A DNA stretch of 64,000 bases from assembly GCF_006345805.1 (NCBI RefSeq), contig NW_021826031.1, forward strand, positions 496,001-560,000, read 5' to 3'. Position 1 is the first letter of the stretch, and each line of letters opens with the position of its first letter. Of this stretch, positions 49,909 to 63,137 are shown piece by piece. The translations under genes were made by a program, and so were the position numbers. The DNA is from Octopus sinensis (Eukaryota). Under the pieces are notes generated by a model. That model did not search any database. It was given only the letters and a program-made list of their open reading frames with translations, and was not told where the DNA came from.

Positions 49909-50188
49909 CTAGGCCATCGGTTCAAGAAGGATGAGGTTGATGATATTGTTTCCCTTAATTACCTGTAAGGGAATTAGACTAGCACATTACTATTGTTTTC
50001 CCGAAGAGTTCTTCCTCGTTGATGGAGTCACAATCGAGGACGATATTGAAGAATGGGTCGTATCCACGGAACACTCCCTTCACAACTGTGTTGGAAATTA
50101 ATTTTACCAACAGTCTTTTTTCTAAATACCTACAAAATAATCCAAGTCGAGACAACTTTCTCAGCTCCGGAAAGTTAACACGAGACAT
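49909..50188 (-). CDS. SNRPG: Small nuclear ribonucleoprotein G (Sm fold), two micro-introns
   Basis: PELRK/YLEKRL...GVFRGYDPFFNIVLD...VIKGNNII. Confidence 0.8.
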
Positions 50189-50479
50189 GTTGTATACAAT
50201 TAATTTAATAAATTATTAAATTAATAGTATTTATTCATTTTATTTTATTTTTTAGCAATTTATAAATGTAGAGTAGCAAAGTTTAATTTTCTTTGGAGGA
50301 TACGGAAAACTGTAATCAAGATTTGGAGGTCTATGTTGGTCGGCACAAACGACTCCTTTTCTCTGTCTCTGTTTTCGATTATCTAGTTATGACTGTTGTT
50401 TGTGCTTGAGCTGCTACCTATGATGTGGAGCTTGAGGGTTACAATATGAAGAAACAAGAAGAACTTATCAGATTCCATT

Positions 50480-51000
50480 CATTTAACTTTTGTATAAAAA
50501 AGGAATGACTAGAAAGTTGAGTTAGGAACAAATATAGAAACATTGTCATATAAAGATGAATTTACCAAATTCAAATTAGTGAATGCTCTACCTTTAATTA
50601 ATGATGCTTGGAACGAAGTTACAGTGGAAACTATCAAAAATTTCCTTAGCAAGAAATTAAACAATTGGGCGAAGATAGATGGAAAAAATACTCGAAGAAT
50701 CCACTGACGAAAAAGGTGTTAAATTAAAAACTTAGAGGTAATAAAAGTGAAACTATGATTGAGTTTCCTTTCTGTGCACCTGCTAGGAAAACGCATATTT
50801 TGTGAAAAGTAAAATGAGCATGAAGAAATAGATAGCACAAATGACAATTCCATTTGCTTATGCAGATGCACCTAAATATTTGGAAAATATTGAAAAATAT
50901 TTTTGCAAGAATTTGGTGAACATATTTCCCCAATTACAAATTTGAGAAATATATTCGCAAAAATTAAAAAGAAGAAACCTTAAATTAGATTACATGACAT
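50480..51000 (+). mobile_element. pogo/Tigger transposase C-terminal remnant
   Basis: LVNALPLINDAWNEVTVETIKNF; no TIR pair found. Confidence 0.45.
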
Positions 51001-51089
51001 ATTTTTAATTAAAAAAAATTTTGTGAAATTTACAAATGCTCTAATTTCATTTTCGTTAAATGAATAGTCTACTGTAACAATGCTACCGC

Positions 51090-53020
51090 AAAGACAGAAG
51101 AACGAATCTCGATCAAGGAATTAGTCAACAGCTTTATGTCTTCAGACTTATCCGCTTTCGCCTGTGAACTCATTTTCTAAGCCCATCTGTTTCCTTTTAC
51201 TAAAAAAACGCCTGGGTACGTCAAATTGCCACCATGGAACGTTTTCCGTTTCCTAGATTTAAAGCTCGCCTGCTGGTCGAACTCCCCTGAACTTTCAAAA
51301 GCTTTCCTGCGGCTACAGCTTGGAATCGGGGAATCCCTTAAGACGTTAGGCAGCGCGGCATGTTGCCAGATGTTTTGTGACCGAGAGTTCACAATCCTGA
51401 ATTGACTAAGTAAAACGTGACATGACCAACGCATTTAACAGTCCGCTGTGAATTTGTGCTAAAAGCTTGCTTCCTCTGCTGCTCATTCATTATCAGTTCG
51501 TGTTATAAACCTACGGCTCTCCTTCTCTTCTTATTTCTGGCTCTTCTATCATTATTTCCGCCACCGGTGTACAAGGCAACCCACTCGGCCTTTTTTTTTC
51601 ATTGGCCATCAATGAGGCGGTTCATTCGTGCACTTCTGAGTTCAACGTTTGGAACCTCGACGACGCTTCCATTGGCGGCCCGGCCGATAGTGTTATAAAT
51701 GACTTGAATAAAACGGTTCCGATTCTGGTTTCTATAGGCCTTACGGTGAATCCACAAAAATCAGAGATTACAACATTGGCTACGACCATGCACTCTTTAC
51801 TTTCGAAATCCGACTTTGTTTCATCATTATCTTTTAGTCATACGTCTTGCCCGAAGATCTTATTCTTCTTGGCATGCATTTTTTCTCGTGCGGAATTCCA
51901 TCTTTTATCCACCGTGAACTTTGCAAAATGGAAAAGTCATTCGATAAACTTAAATCCATCGACGCCCACGTGACTTTCTTCTACTGAAGAACTTTATTGT
52001 TTTTCCTCCATTGGAGTACGCACTCCTTACTTCACCCTGTTTTCGGTTTCCGGACGCAGTCGGAGAATTCGATTCGTTAATGAGAGATACTTTTGTTCAG
52101 AATTCCGACGTAAATTTTGAAGAAATGGGTTGGTAACAGGCTATCCTGCCTATTAGGCACGGTGGTTTTGGATTCCAGGCCTCCTTGGCTATCTCCATGT
52201 CATGCTTTTTTTCCTCCTCTCACTAATGCAGACTTTTCGTAGTCTAGATCCTTTCTCTTCCATCTGAATCGCTCACGGACGAAGAGCTTTAATACGGCAC
52301 ATTTTTGTGAAGAATCCCGAAGACCTATGCCAAATCCACGAGTGGACGGAAGCCAGTAGTTCTCAGTCTTTCCGGAACTTACTGTCTCACGGAGATCAAC
52401 ACCGACATGCTTGCTTGTTGTTCGGAGCATTTCCACGATTTGGCGCTTGGATTAACGGCTATCATTTCCCTGTAGTCGAAACCTTGCTAGACCCAGATTG
52501 CTTCGACTCGGCTTGGACATTTGTCAGCCTCACCAATGTCTATATAGGCTGCAAACCTCTACTCGCTCTCTTGTCGTAAAAGCCCTGGGAGGATCATGGA
52601 ACTTAATAGCATTGTAAAAAGTCTGCTTGAAGCAACCGGCATCCCGTGCCAGCTGGAGCCCTTTGGTGTTAACAGGGAAGATGGTAAGCCCCCAGACGGC
52701 GTCTTGCTCTCTTCTATAAGACACTTTTGCGTAAACATGTCTTCTCGCGTCTGCGACCAAAGCCGGCATAGCGGCGACGAAAGCGGAGATTCGCAAAATA
52801 AATAAATACGGATCTCTTTTAGACAGATTCTACTTAGAACCTGTGTCAATCGAAACTTCAGGCACACTAGAACCATCGACACTACGTTTCCTTACCGAGA
52901 GAGGCCGCCACCTTGGACGAACTAGAAACGATCTTCACAAATTAATCGGCTTTTTGAGCGTGTTTCAATAGTTGTTCTTAGAAAGAATAGTTTTTCGATT
53001 CTCTCTGTGGCTAGTAGCTG
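51090..53020 (+). mobile_element. Degenerate CRE-like element
   Basis: GVQGNPLG, NVWNLDDASIGG, LPIRHGGFG, EPFGVNREDGKPPDG and FERVSIVVLRKNS remnants. Confidence 0.75.
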
Positions 53021-53021
53021 A

Positions 53022-53505
53022 TTATTTATTTATTTATTTATTAACTCCAAGATCACCGAGAAAGATAGGTCAGAACTAACTAATTAGGTGATCCCTGCCT
53101 CCAACCACAGCCGTACTTTCCTTACATGATCTTCTGATGACCCGCCCGTAATCCGGAAAAGCCTTATCTTCCTTCTGCAGAGGAACTCAATTGGAGTGCA
53201 TTTCTTTATAACCGACCGAAATTCCTCTGCATGTGCCACCTTTTCCTTGAGTGGGTTTCCCAGTTCCTTGCAGAAACGTAGGAAACCCTGTCCATTCTTC
53301 TGCGTCGCCTCCTCGGAAGCAAGACTGCCAACTGAGGTGTCAGTGTGGAGCATAATCTTCCTTCTGAGTGAGTTCAAACGTTCCGCTTTCGAACAAGCAA
53401 TAGCAAACCTCCAGGCTGAGCAGGCATACTCAACCGTCGGGGCAATCACTTGTTGGTAGACTTTGCTGACACAATCTTTCAGGGGGAAGGGACTCTTCTT
53501 TAACA
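53022..53505 (-). mobile_element. 3' end of a LINE with a (TAAA)n tail and a terminal hairpin
   Basis: VYQQVIAPTVEYACSAW RT-tail motif; hairpin gatcacc/ggtgatc; (ttta)n on the + strand. Confidence 0.65.
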
Positions 53506-53649
53506 GAGCTGATTGCTTTCAGTTGTTTGTTTTGTTGATTATAAAAATACTGTGAACATAAAAGTTAATTATTTTTAATTAATTCAGAGTTAGGACGCGA
53601 GAATCACCCTTTAAGTTATTTTTTCGACAGTCTTATAACAAATTGTCGA

Positions 53650-54560
53650 TACATCAGATTTCCATTTTTAATAAAAATGGCTAAAAATATTGAAATTTCT
53701 AAAGAGTTATCTAAACAGCCAAAATCCAATTGTTTTTGTGATAGATACCAAAAAAGATTTGTTGAATACTAAGAAATGACAAACTGCTATCCTGTCCGTT
53801 TAGATAAGGATAGTCTTTCCTATTAACTGGTTAGCACATTGACCGGCTGGCTTGTGACTCACTGATTACTTGGGAATAAGTTTAGTTTGATAATAAGCCT
53901 AATTGTAATATCGAACAAAGTTAATAATTAATTACGCGTACTATTACTGACGTAAAAATTCTTCTGCCTTTTGACTTAATTTTTCATTTTTTTGTTTTTG
54001 GGAATTAAGGAGTCGTCCAATAACTACGTTTTTTAACTGAGTTCTGTTATCATCCGCAGTTTTCTGTTCTAACCTGACCAGCATAGAAAACCCTGTTTTT
54101 CTCTATTTTCAAATTGTGGTTAATAAGGGTTCTGCTCTGCTCTTTGCTAATTTCGTTTATCTTGGACTCCAAAACTTTTTCAATATACTCATTTCCAAAC
54201 TTGACAGAACTATGCTCGATCCACGGATGGGACTCTGGAACGGTTTCACGGACACATCTAACAATAAAAATGGTCGTACTTTTTCTTTTTGGCAATGTTT
54301 TGTTGTTTGCTCATGACTGCTAACAGTGTACTATTGCGCCACATCATTTATTAAGTTCACAAACTGCATCGTATTCACACGATTTGGCCGAATACTTTAA
54401 AGTAAATCTATTCTGTGGTCATCGCATTTGCTTGCACTTTAATGGTTGTATTTCTATTATTTTTGGTTAGCTACGAATTGCTTGAATTAAATCGTACCTA
54501 AAACCTGTCATTTACGGCTCAGAAACGCATTTATCCAGTAAGATGTCACGTGTCGTCAAT
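53650..54560 (-). CDS. Possible hypothetical gene with micro-introns
   Basis: ORF 54050-54295 bounded by intron-like gtacgaccatttttattgttag; no motif recognised; boundaries uncertain. Confidence 0.3.
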
Positions 54561-54999
54561 ATTTTCTCACTATTCTTGATTAATTGACTTTTAAATTTAA
54601 ATTTACTTTGTTTGGCATCAACCGTATGGAAATATTATTCTAAATACAAATATGATTTTTCTCCAAGTTGAATTGATTCATAACTATAACTATTCAAAGC
54701 AATAAAAATAAAACGTTTTAAGGATTTTTTGTTCCTCTTCTTTGAAACGAAAAGTCAGATTCTAATACTGTCATGTAGAATTTCATAAACTAAACATGTC
54801 GAGATATCCTTTTCGCTCACTACGAACATGCTACATCGACGGAACATGTCGTGCACCCATGACAAATGGCTTCCAGTCGATTCTTTAACAATTCGATGAT
54901 TCAGAGGAAACTAAAGAACTAAAGTACACAGAATTTGCAGACAAGGACACATTTATTGTGGTAGTCACGCCGGAAATTTCTACGCGCATTTATTAAGGG

Positions 55000-56500
55000 A
55001 CCATATTTTCTGAGGTGGTCATGGTTATACATTTAGCTTATTTGACTGCCGTATTTCTGTTAATTCTTTGGTACTAGGCACTATTTTAAATTTTATTTAT
55101 TAACTATTGAATTGTCTGAATCTAGGTCGTCTGCATATATTAATTCCTAGGCCAATTTTAGCTCTCAAATCACGGGGAGCAGTTTCCAGGTAAAAAACGA
55201 ATAGAATCGGAGATAAGGAGTCACTTTGTCGAGTGGCAATGTATGCTTTGAATTTAAGAGAGTGCTCCGAGCCAATCCACACTTCCAATTTAGTGTTTGC
55301 GAGTAGGACATGTATCATTCTCAAACTGTCATAATCCAACAATGTTCCTAATAGCTGAATAAGGTTTTCTCTGCGAACAGTGTCAAACGCTCTGGATAAA
55401 TCTATCCCCAGTATTTGAACTGCCTTTTTGAATTTCTGTGTCATGGCACATGCCTATTCCACATACAAAAATTTGTCAACGTTAGGAGATATTCTGTGAA
55501 GAACAATCAACGACAGTAGTTTTTGTAGAGATGTTAAGAGAATTATAGGTCTGAAATGTTCTACTGATCCAACCAACTTTCCTGATTTCTGTACAAGAAT
55601 TAGCACTCTTCCGAGTAGAACGTCTGTATGTGTCATAAAAATGCCGTTTAATATGTCGCATAACTGATAAACAAGTGAGCTTGGCGAGCATTTTAAAAGT
55701 CCTTCATTAATGCCACCAATACTCCTACCATTATTCAATTTCCGCAGAGCAGTTTCCATCTTTGTGATATTAATTAGAACAGTTAGATATCTAGGATCTC
55801 CAAAAAACTAAAGTATGTACTCTTTGTCATTTCTAAAAAGGGATCCAAAGTATATAGCAATTTTTTCGGCCATCTCTTTTTTATCAAACATTCTTCTTTC
55901 ATAGTCATCATGTAGAAAAAACTCTTTAGGCCTGTCTATTCTGTTCAACAATCGAATAAGCTTGAAGCATTTTAGGTCATAATTGAGCTGTTCAACTTCT
56001 TCGGCGTACTTCTAAGTTCCAGCGATGATTAGATGGATATACTCGGGATTCAATTTTGAATCAAATGTGCTGAGTTTCTTATTGAATTTATTGCTCGTAG
56101 CATCGTTTGCGTGTAAGTTTTCTACGGCCAGTCTTCCATAGGAATGTTTCTTGTTTTTTCTTTTAATCACATTTTGACGTAAATAAAGTTTGAATCGAGA
56201 GACAACAGCTTTATGGTCACTCGATAGAAGTGTGCCTCCTTACAAAGATTGTGAGTCAGTCAGCATTCACTTAAAATTACGTCTACAGATGATTTAATCA
56301 ATTTGATTGTAAGTAGGTAGAATTTTCCCATTCTGGTTCTGTCTTTGCCCCACCTACGTCGTCATATGTCTTGTCCGATGTATTAATGTCGTGTTGCACA
56401 AAAAAAGATCAAATGAACTGCAGAAGTCTGTTAAAGCTACGCAATTTGAAATCCTTGTTCCTCTACTATGATCTCAGATAAAATTTTCGTCCTTACTTTG
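55000..56500 (-). mobile_element. Degenerate RTE-like element (endonuclease and RT remnants)
   Basis: YNQID.IICRR, FRPIILL, IDLSRAFDTV and RQSDSLSPILFVFYLETAPRDL. Confidence 0.75.
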
Positions 56501-56894
56501 CATTTCAGTTACCTGAAAGGAAACTTTACCACCTCAACAAAAATATTTGTAATTATCTTTTAACAGACAAAAGTGATATTGAGACAATAATCTTTGGAGG
56601 AGTCTGCTCAATCAATACCATCTGCCTAAATGATCAAGCTGTCATTATTACATAAACTAAAAAACAAATATAACATTAAAAAACTATCAAAAAACTTAAA
56701 ATCACTCCAAACAGAATGACAGTGAATAGACATAATCTTGTCTTATAATGCGTCTCATTTTCGTGATTTCAAGCACTAATAAGTAGAGTTAACATGAACT
56801 GAAACACCCAATTCACTAGTTTCTACAATGCTATTCAAATAGACAATTAGAGCTAGAAAACAAGCAAATACATCGCCCTTGACAACTTTTCAAA

Positions 56895-57884
56895 TTAAAA
56901 AGGAAATGTGGGCGTAAAGGGAGCTGTATCCTCAAGTAATAATCCGCACTTCTCGGAAGCCCCATGACATTCAGAATAGTACCGTCTTAGAGCACTGCAG
57001 TACCCCCTCAGTGCCTTGTTCATCACCATGGACTACTATCATCGGATTCCCTCAACAAACCCTGTTCTCCTCCAACATCTTCATTTTAGTGATCATGTCA
57101 TTCTTCAACATTTCAAAATCCTCCCGGAGACTATCAGTCTTTTCACCGAGACGGTCAATCTTGTCACTCCGAGTATTATTCCGAGACCTCAGGGAAATCA
57201 TGTCGTTTTTGTAGGCGTCAAATCTCAATCTAGAGGTCCTCTGAATAATTATACCTCGTTTTTTCGAATTTTTGAATCGTCAGGATCGTGTCCTCGATCA
57301 CCTTTTCTCCCAAAGTGTTCAAGGAATCCATGATGAAGGCAAACTCAACTTTTCTGTTTTTTACAAAATGAGTCACCTTGGAGCGACGAATTAATTTCAA
57401 CCAGATTGAGAGTATAATTGGCACATGTCTGGACGAGTCCTCCCAACTTGGTCTCCGAGGACCTGGCAGACATCAAGGAAACGTGAAAATCAGATTGAGC
57501 ATTTTTAAGATCAAAAAGTGCGGAAGAATAGCAAGCGAGTGACTGGCACATGGTTCTGGTGTTATTCTGATGTCGTCGGACTTCCTCTATTGCTTTTGTG
57601 AGAGATTCGTCTACGATAGGGAGGGCAGAGCCGACTCTGCCAGTTATTAATACAAGTACTTTTCGGTTATGAACTGCTTAGAGACACGAAGAGCGTCCTC
57701 AGACCATTCCTTGAAATCTCCCATTGCTTTGTTGACTTTTTTGGAGACTAAAACTTTAATTCAGGGGATAACTGTTATGGGTGCTGGAGAGGGAAAAATT
57801 GGTGAAATTTGTTGGTTTATTTCGTGGTAATGGAGACGCGAATGGCTGCTCAAAACTGTAACGATTCTGGTCGTTATTAGACAT
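56895..57884 (-). CDS. ARFIP: Arfaptin (AH/BAR domain)
   Basis: KEWSEDALRVSKQFITEK, SLNTLGEKVIEDTILTIQKFEKTRLRFDAYKND and DMITKMKMLEENR match arfaptin. Confidence 0.85.
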
Positions 57885-58099
57885 CGAAGCGACACAAGAC
57901 CGATATGTTTATTAAATTAATTAATGTATTTAAATTGAATATAAATAAATTTTATATTTGAATTAATTGAGTACTATCTATTATTTATTCAAATTACATT
58001 AGCACTACTAGACAAGTGTGATATTTAGATTTCGTTGCAGTTAGTGCAGAAAATTCATTTTCGTATAAATATGAGATAACAAATGGCAACCAAATTTCA

Positions 58100-58600
58100 T
58101 ATTCCTTACTTCGATTTAATCAAAAATGAATTACTGGTTCTCTCTCAAATTGTTATTTAAATAATGTATCACATAAAAATTCCATCAATTTTTCTTTTTC
58201 AAAAGTTTTCAATACAAATTCTTTATTTTCTTCATCAATAAATGTCCATGAGAACGTTTTACAGTCGAGATGGATATTTTCTTATATATTGAATTTACAT
58301 AACTAATTTTCAATGAATGCTTTTACTTTGTCTTTTAAGTGTATGAATGCAGTTGTGGTCTTTGCATTTATTTATTCATTACACTCAATTTCCCAAAAAT
58401 GTCAATTAAATAGGTTATCATTCCTGAACAATTTTGCATCTTCAATATAATTTTCACCAAGGAAATCTGTTACCTCATATTTGAGTTCAAACACTCTTCG
58501 AATCACTTTTGCACAAGATAGCCAGCGCAATAATATAAAAGTCATGTATAATTTGCATCCACATCTTCACACAGCTTTGCAAAAAGCTTAGGTTTAAAGG
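58100..58600 (-). mobile_element. hAT transposase remnant
   Basis: LRWLSCAKVIRRVFELKYEV motif. Confidence 0.5.
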
Positions 58601-58615
58601 AGTGTGTTTTATGTA

Positions 58616-59500
58616 CAGTACCGTGCAAATGTTCCGGACCACCCAATTATTTTTAAATTCTATATATATTTGGCACCTACGGCTTGACTTTCTTAGACAA
58701 ATTTTAATATTAAATGAATAAATAACTTTTGTACTTTTTCCATAAAATTTTACAATATTGAATTTTTAGCAGTCAGTAAATTTTGACCCGTGCATATGTT
58801 CCGGAAAAATTACATTAATCTTGACTTTAAAAAATTACATTAATCTTGACTTAAAATTTCTTATTTTAAGTTTCGGTTTTTTTACCATTATTCTACCATG
58901 AAGATTATTGGACCTTAAACATCGTTTAATCGTATCTACAGAAACGGATAATGACAAATTGAGATAAGATCTAATTTGATTGGCTGTTTTAGAAGGATCC
59001 ATTTTTGATCGATAAACAATATTTCGTTCATTTCTTTTAGATAACTTCTTGGGTCTTCCAAATTTAGGTTTATCCTGAATTATGGAACATGTAGAATATC
59101 TTTTAATAGTTCTCTGAACTGTAGACTTGGAAATTCCAACACATATGATATTTTTCTTTGAGACATTCCAAGTTTATACAGAGTGATAATTGAGGCACGG
59201 TTACCGAAACTAACACAAGGCATTTAACGAATGAAATATATATTGAGCATTAAAATATCAGATGAGAGTGTATTTAATAATAATTAAAAAAAATTAATGA
59301 GTGGTCCGGAACATATGCACGGGTCAAAATTTACTGACTGCTAAAAATTCAATATTGTAAAATTTTATGAAAAAAGAAAAACCAAAAAAGTTTTTTATTC
59401 ATTTAATATTAAAATTTGTCTAAGAAAGTCAAGCCGTAGCTGCCAAATATATATAGAATTGAAAAATAATTGGGTGGTCCGGAACATTTGCACGGTACTG
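58616..59500 (-). mobile_element. Tc1-family IR/DR-type element, internally deleted
   Basis: About 190-bp TIRs starting cagtaccgtgcaaatgttccggacc, with inner direct repeat ccgtgcatatgttccgga; TA TSD; paired-like HTH remnant GISKSTVQRTIKRY...GRPKKLS. Confidence 0.92.
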
Positions 59501-59729
59501 TAGTTTATAACTTTTGTAATTTTTGTAAAAATATTGTTCAGTTCTGCGCTCATTATTTAAAAAGTGCTGATTCGTGACTGTTGTTCTCTAATTTCTAATT
59601 TCTTTTATTTCTTTTCATATCAATTCTTTTTCTCTAAATCCTTTCTATATCAATCTCTCATTTCTCTTTCCAATTCTGAATCTCTCATTTCTGCATCCTA
59701 TCCCTCTCATATCAATTCTTTTTCTATAG

Positions 59730-60390
59730 TTCGTACCGATCTCATCCCTCCGCATGGCTCTCTCTCATCCTGCGCCAATTGCCATTCTCCTGTGCAGATC
59801 CTGCAACGTGGTTAACAAAAAAAGAGGGCCCGACTCTGTTCTTCCTGTTCTCTGTTTTTTCGTCTCTCTTGCGTCTCTTTCCCTCGCCGGGCTTCGTAAC
59901 GTATTCCATCGTGGGTGTGTCCTGCCTGTCTCTCTTTTTATCCATGCATTCCACCATTACGATCCCTGGCATTTGCCACTCCCCAGATTCCTTCCCGTTC
60001 TCTGAGCCCATTTCTGGGACCCATTCTATCTTGTTAGTTCTCAAATCCACCAAACTCCTCCGCCGTCGCCGGCAAATTCCGTCAAGAATCCCTAAAGCTG
60101 CTCGTATCCTAGCAGCCTCTTCTTTGTCCACTGCAATTGATGAAGCTTTGGCCTCCGATGGGCAATCCGATTGGTTTAAGCTGTTCTGCTTTCCTCTTCC
60201 GGCCTAGGCTTTTTTCCATCCAGAGTCTGTAATAAAACTTCTTCCTCGCTTGCTACTATTGTCAAACAAAAATTGGCCTCGTACGACGAGTGCTGTTTTT
60301 GAAATTCGGCTCCGGGATATGACAAGATCCCTATGTCCTGCTTCAAGCATGCACCAAGCTGTTTGGTGTCTCTGCTCACAAACCTCTTCA
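59730..60390 (+). mobile_element. 5' fragment of a CRE-like element
   Basis: SRIPKAARILAA...WFKLFCF motif. Confidence 0.55.
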
Positions 60391-61635
60391 ATTCCAGCCT
60401 CCAGAGAGGGTACGTCCCAAAATCATGGAAAAAAAACTGAAGTTCGAATGGTTCGAAAACCTAAGAAACCTAAAGAGGAAGCCTCGAGCTATAGGCCCAT
60501 AAGCCTAATCTGCTCTATATCAAAGATAATGGAGAGAATCGTCTACAGAAGGCTAGTACGCCACATAGAAAAGAATCACTGGCTCTCCCACGATCAGTGG
60601 GGTTTTTGTGCGGACCGGTCCTGTGCTGACTGCATTTATCGACTGAATTCGATAGTATCTAAAGCACGAGACTCTGGCTTATCGACCAGTATTATCTGCT
60701 TGGATGTATCGAAGGCTTTCGACAGTGTCTGTCACTCAGTTTTGCTGGAAAATCTTGTGAATTGCGACATTGATGCGGAAACTCTTGAATGGCTAGCGAG
60801 CTTCTTGAATGGGAGGATCTCCTTTGTCAACTATCTTGGCCGAGACTCGAAAGCCATTCTCCAAAAAAGGGGAGTACCTCAGGGCTCAGTCCTAAGCCCG
60901 CTACTATTCAACGTATATATGGCAGACTTTCCTAAACCTGTGTTCATCTCAATGAATGTGCTCATCTATGCAGATGACGTCATTATTACGGACGAAGCAG
61001 CCCTTCCGACGACGTCGGAAATGAAGCTAAAAATTTACTTCGAACAAATACAACAGTGGATGGCCGTGAAATACTTGACTCTGTCAATCGAGAAATGTAC
61101 GCTCACTAGAGTGTCGGCAAAAAGAAGTGCGAAAATGTTACCATATACGATCGAATCCATCCGGAGGACCCACTTGTTTCTGTACCTGAGAGTCCAATTT
61201 TCCGAGAACGGAAGGTGTGAGGAAGATATCATCCTAAGGAAAAAACGGTGCACACAAATGATCAAGTGCCTGATCAAATTCCGCCTACCCCCAGATACTG
61301 TGCTATTCATCTTCCGGGCAGCTATCCTTTCAGTACTGATGTATGGCCTGGAAGGGTGGATTTTGTCCCCCTCCAAGGCAAGAATTATAAAACTGCTGAA
61401 GAAAACGAGGAGATTAGCGCTCAAGGTGGCCTTCGGCGTAAATCTAAGAGAGAAAATACCGAGCTGGCGCAAAATCTTTCCTATGATTGGCGAGCTTGTT
61501 GAAACCCAATTCCAAAAGTTCCTAGAGAAAAGAAGAAAATAGCCCCGGACGATCCTGTGTGTAAGGTCACTACTGGCACTTAATTTCTTTTATGTCCGAT
61601 ATCCCGTTGCAAAATAAACCCTTATCTATCTTATC
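60390..61635 (+). mobile_element. 5'-truncated LINE (Jockey/I/CR1-like) with an uninterrupted RT reading frame to 61542
   Basis: SYRPISLI, LDVSKAFDSV, GVPQGSVLSPLLFNVY and YADD motifs; AATAAA followed by a (TATCT)-like tail. Confidence 0.85.
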
Positions 61636-62059
61636 AAACGAATTGACTCGATTGCTTTTTTGTTCAAAGGACAGAAATTAGAGTTTATTAGGTTTGAAAA
61701 CTTAATGACTTGTATTTAAATTTGTCGGTCGCTGCCGTTAACTACCGGTGTTACGGCACTTGGGCAAAATCGATTTTGCGCGGTCGTTCTCAGCCTGGTA
61801 TCATTCTCAACCGATGACAATCAATATACTTTTACCTGCGAAAATAGTGGCCGACCCGACTTTAAGATGTCATCGAATGTGTCTGTTTAACAATTTATTC
61901 CTATTTGAAATTAACGCAACTGAGTTCGAAATGCAGTTATTGGACTTGACATGTAAGGAATTATAGGCATCAAAGTTTATTCGCCTTTCAGAAAAACTTG
62001 AATCTTTGGAACATAAAATTTTTTTTAGTAAATACAAAAATTCAATAAAGTCAGATCAA

Positions 62060-62890
62060 TTAGTGCAAGAAGAAGAACTGATGGCGATCCTGTTTCCCCT
62101 CACTATCGCTTGGGACACGTTCTGGACGAGGCATCTTGTCTCCAGAGGATTGTGTACTCAAGATCTTGAGACGTCCAATACACTTGAGGAAGCATAACGA
62201 CTCCTTCCCAATCGATCCCAGGGTTTCGACAGCAACCGGCTGGAAAACGTAACGATCGGTGAGCCCATCATATTTCTTCTTCTTGATGTCCTCTGCTTTA
62301 TCCGCGGCTGTGCCGGCATTGCAGGCACATTCCAACATGTTTGGACAAGGAGTCGGAACATGTTGAATCCCATACGAGAGGCTTTCCTTCCAAAAACGGA
62401 AAGATGGTCATCCCGTCTGGGCGTTTTCCATCTCCTCGGTCCAAACCAGGTGGTTCCAGCACTGATGGGAATCCGATTGAATCGATAGCTCTTCTTATAA
62501 CGTCGTTGAGAGCTGAATGCCTCGGGAATCTACCAGCGCTTTTTCGACAGGAAAGAGGGTGAAGTCCAAATTGATCAATCGATGCACCACAGCGGCATTT
62601 GTGTGGTTCACAAACTTTGAGACCGATACGTAGACAGATACCAACTCGTAGTGTGTCAGAATCCAAGAGAGTCCCCAAGCTTCCGATCGGGAAGGCTTCC
62701 AACCATTCTCCACTCCCCGTGGACCTCCCGGCAAGCAAGCATGCTCTACGGTGTTGATTCGATGTCTTTAGGAGACTCTCGAACCGACCTTCGCACACAA
62801 TCTTGTCATAACTCTTCTGTAAGGACAAGTCCGACGGCAGCTTCGATTCGTTTGCGCTCCAACTGTCAAAGTAGGGAGTCGGTAAAATTA
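62060..62890 (-). mobile_element. CRE-like element 3' portion, well preserved
   Basis: GLHPLSCRKSAGRFPRHSALND, DGKRPDGMT...LVWDSTC and FQPVAVETLG motifs. Confidence 0.85.
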
Positions 62891-63137
62891 AGAATGATAT
62901 TAATTTTATACTGACAAAAATTGAAGATTTGATTTTTAAAACTTGGAATTCAATTTCAACACCAAGGTATTTCAGGTTCTCCGTTACTGTAAACCCATGG
63001 AGGTTTCTCGGCGGTTCTCGTTTAGCTCCCTGTTTGCAATCCAAGTGGTGGTGCACTTTTTGCAAAAATAGTCTGGGTAATTTTTAGCAATTATTTATTT
63101 TTTGTCTATTACGTTTTATTAACCAATTAAGTAAAAA

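Noticed and set aside
60250-60390. N-terminal part of the 430-aa RT ORF as a real protein domain
   Set aside because: It is chance read-through from an adjacent CRE-like fragment into a 5'-truncated LINE.
62890-63065. N-terminus of ORF 62298-63065 as part of the CRE protein
   Set aside because: It contains an unrelated LKYLGV RT-tail scrap fused to the CRE fragment.
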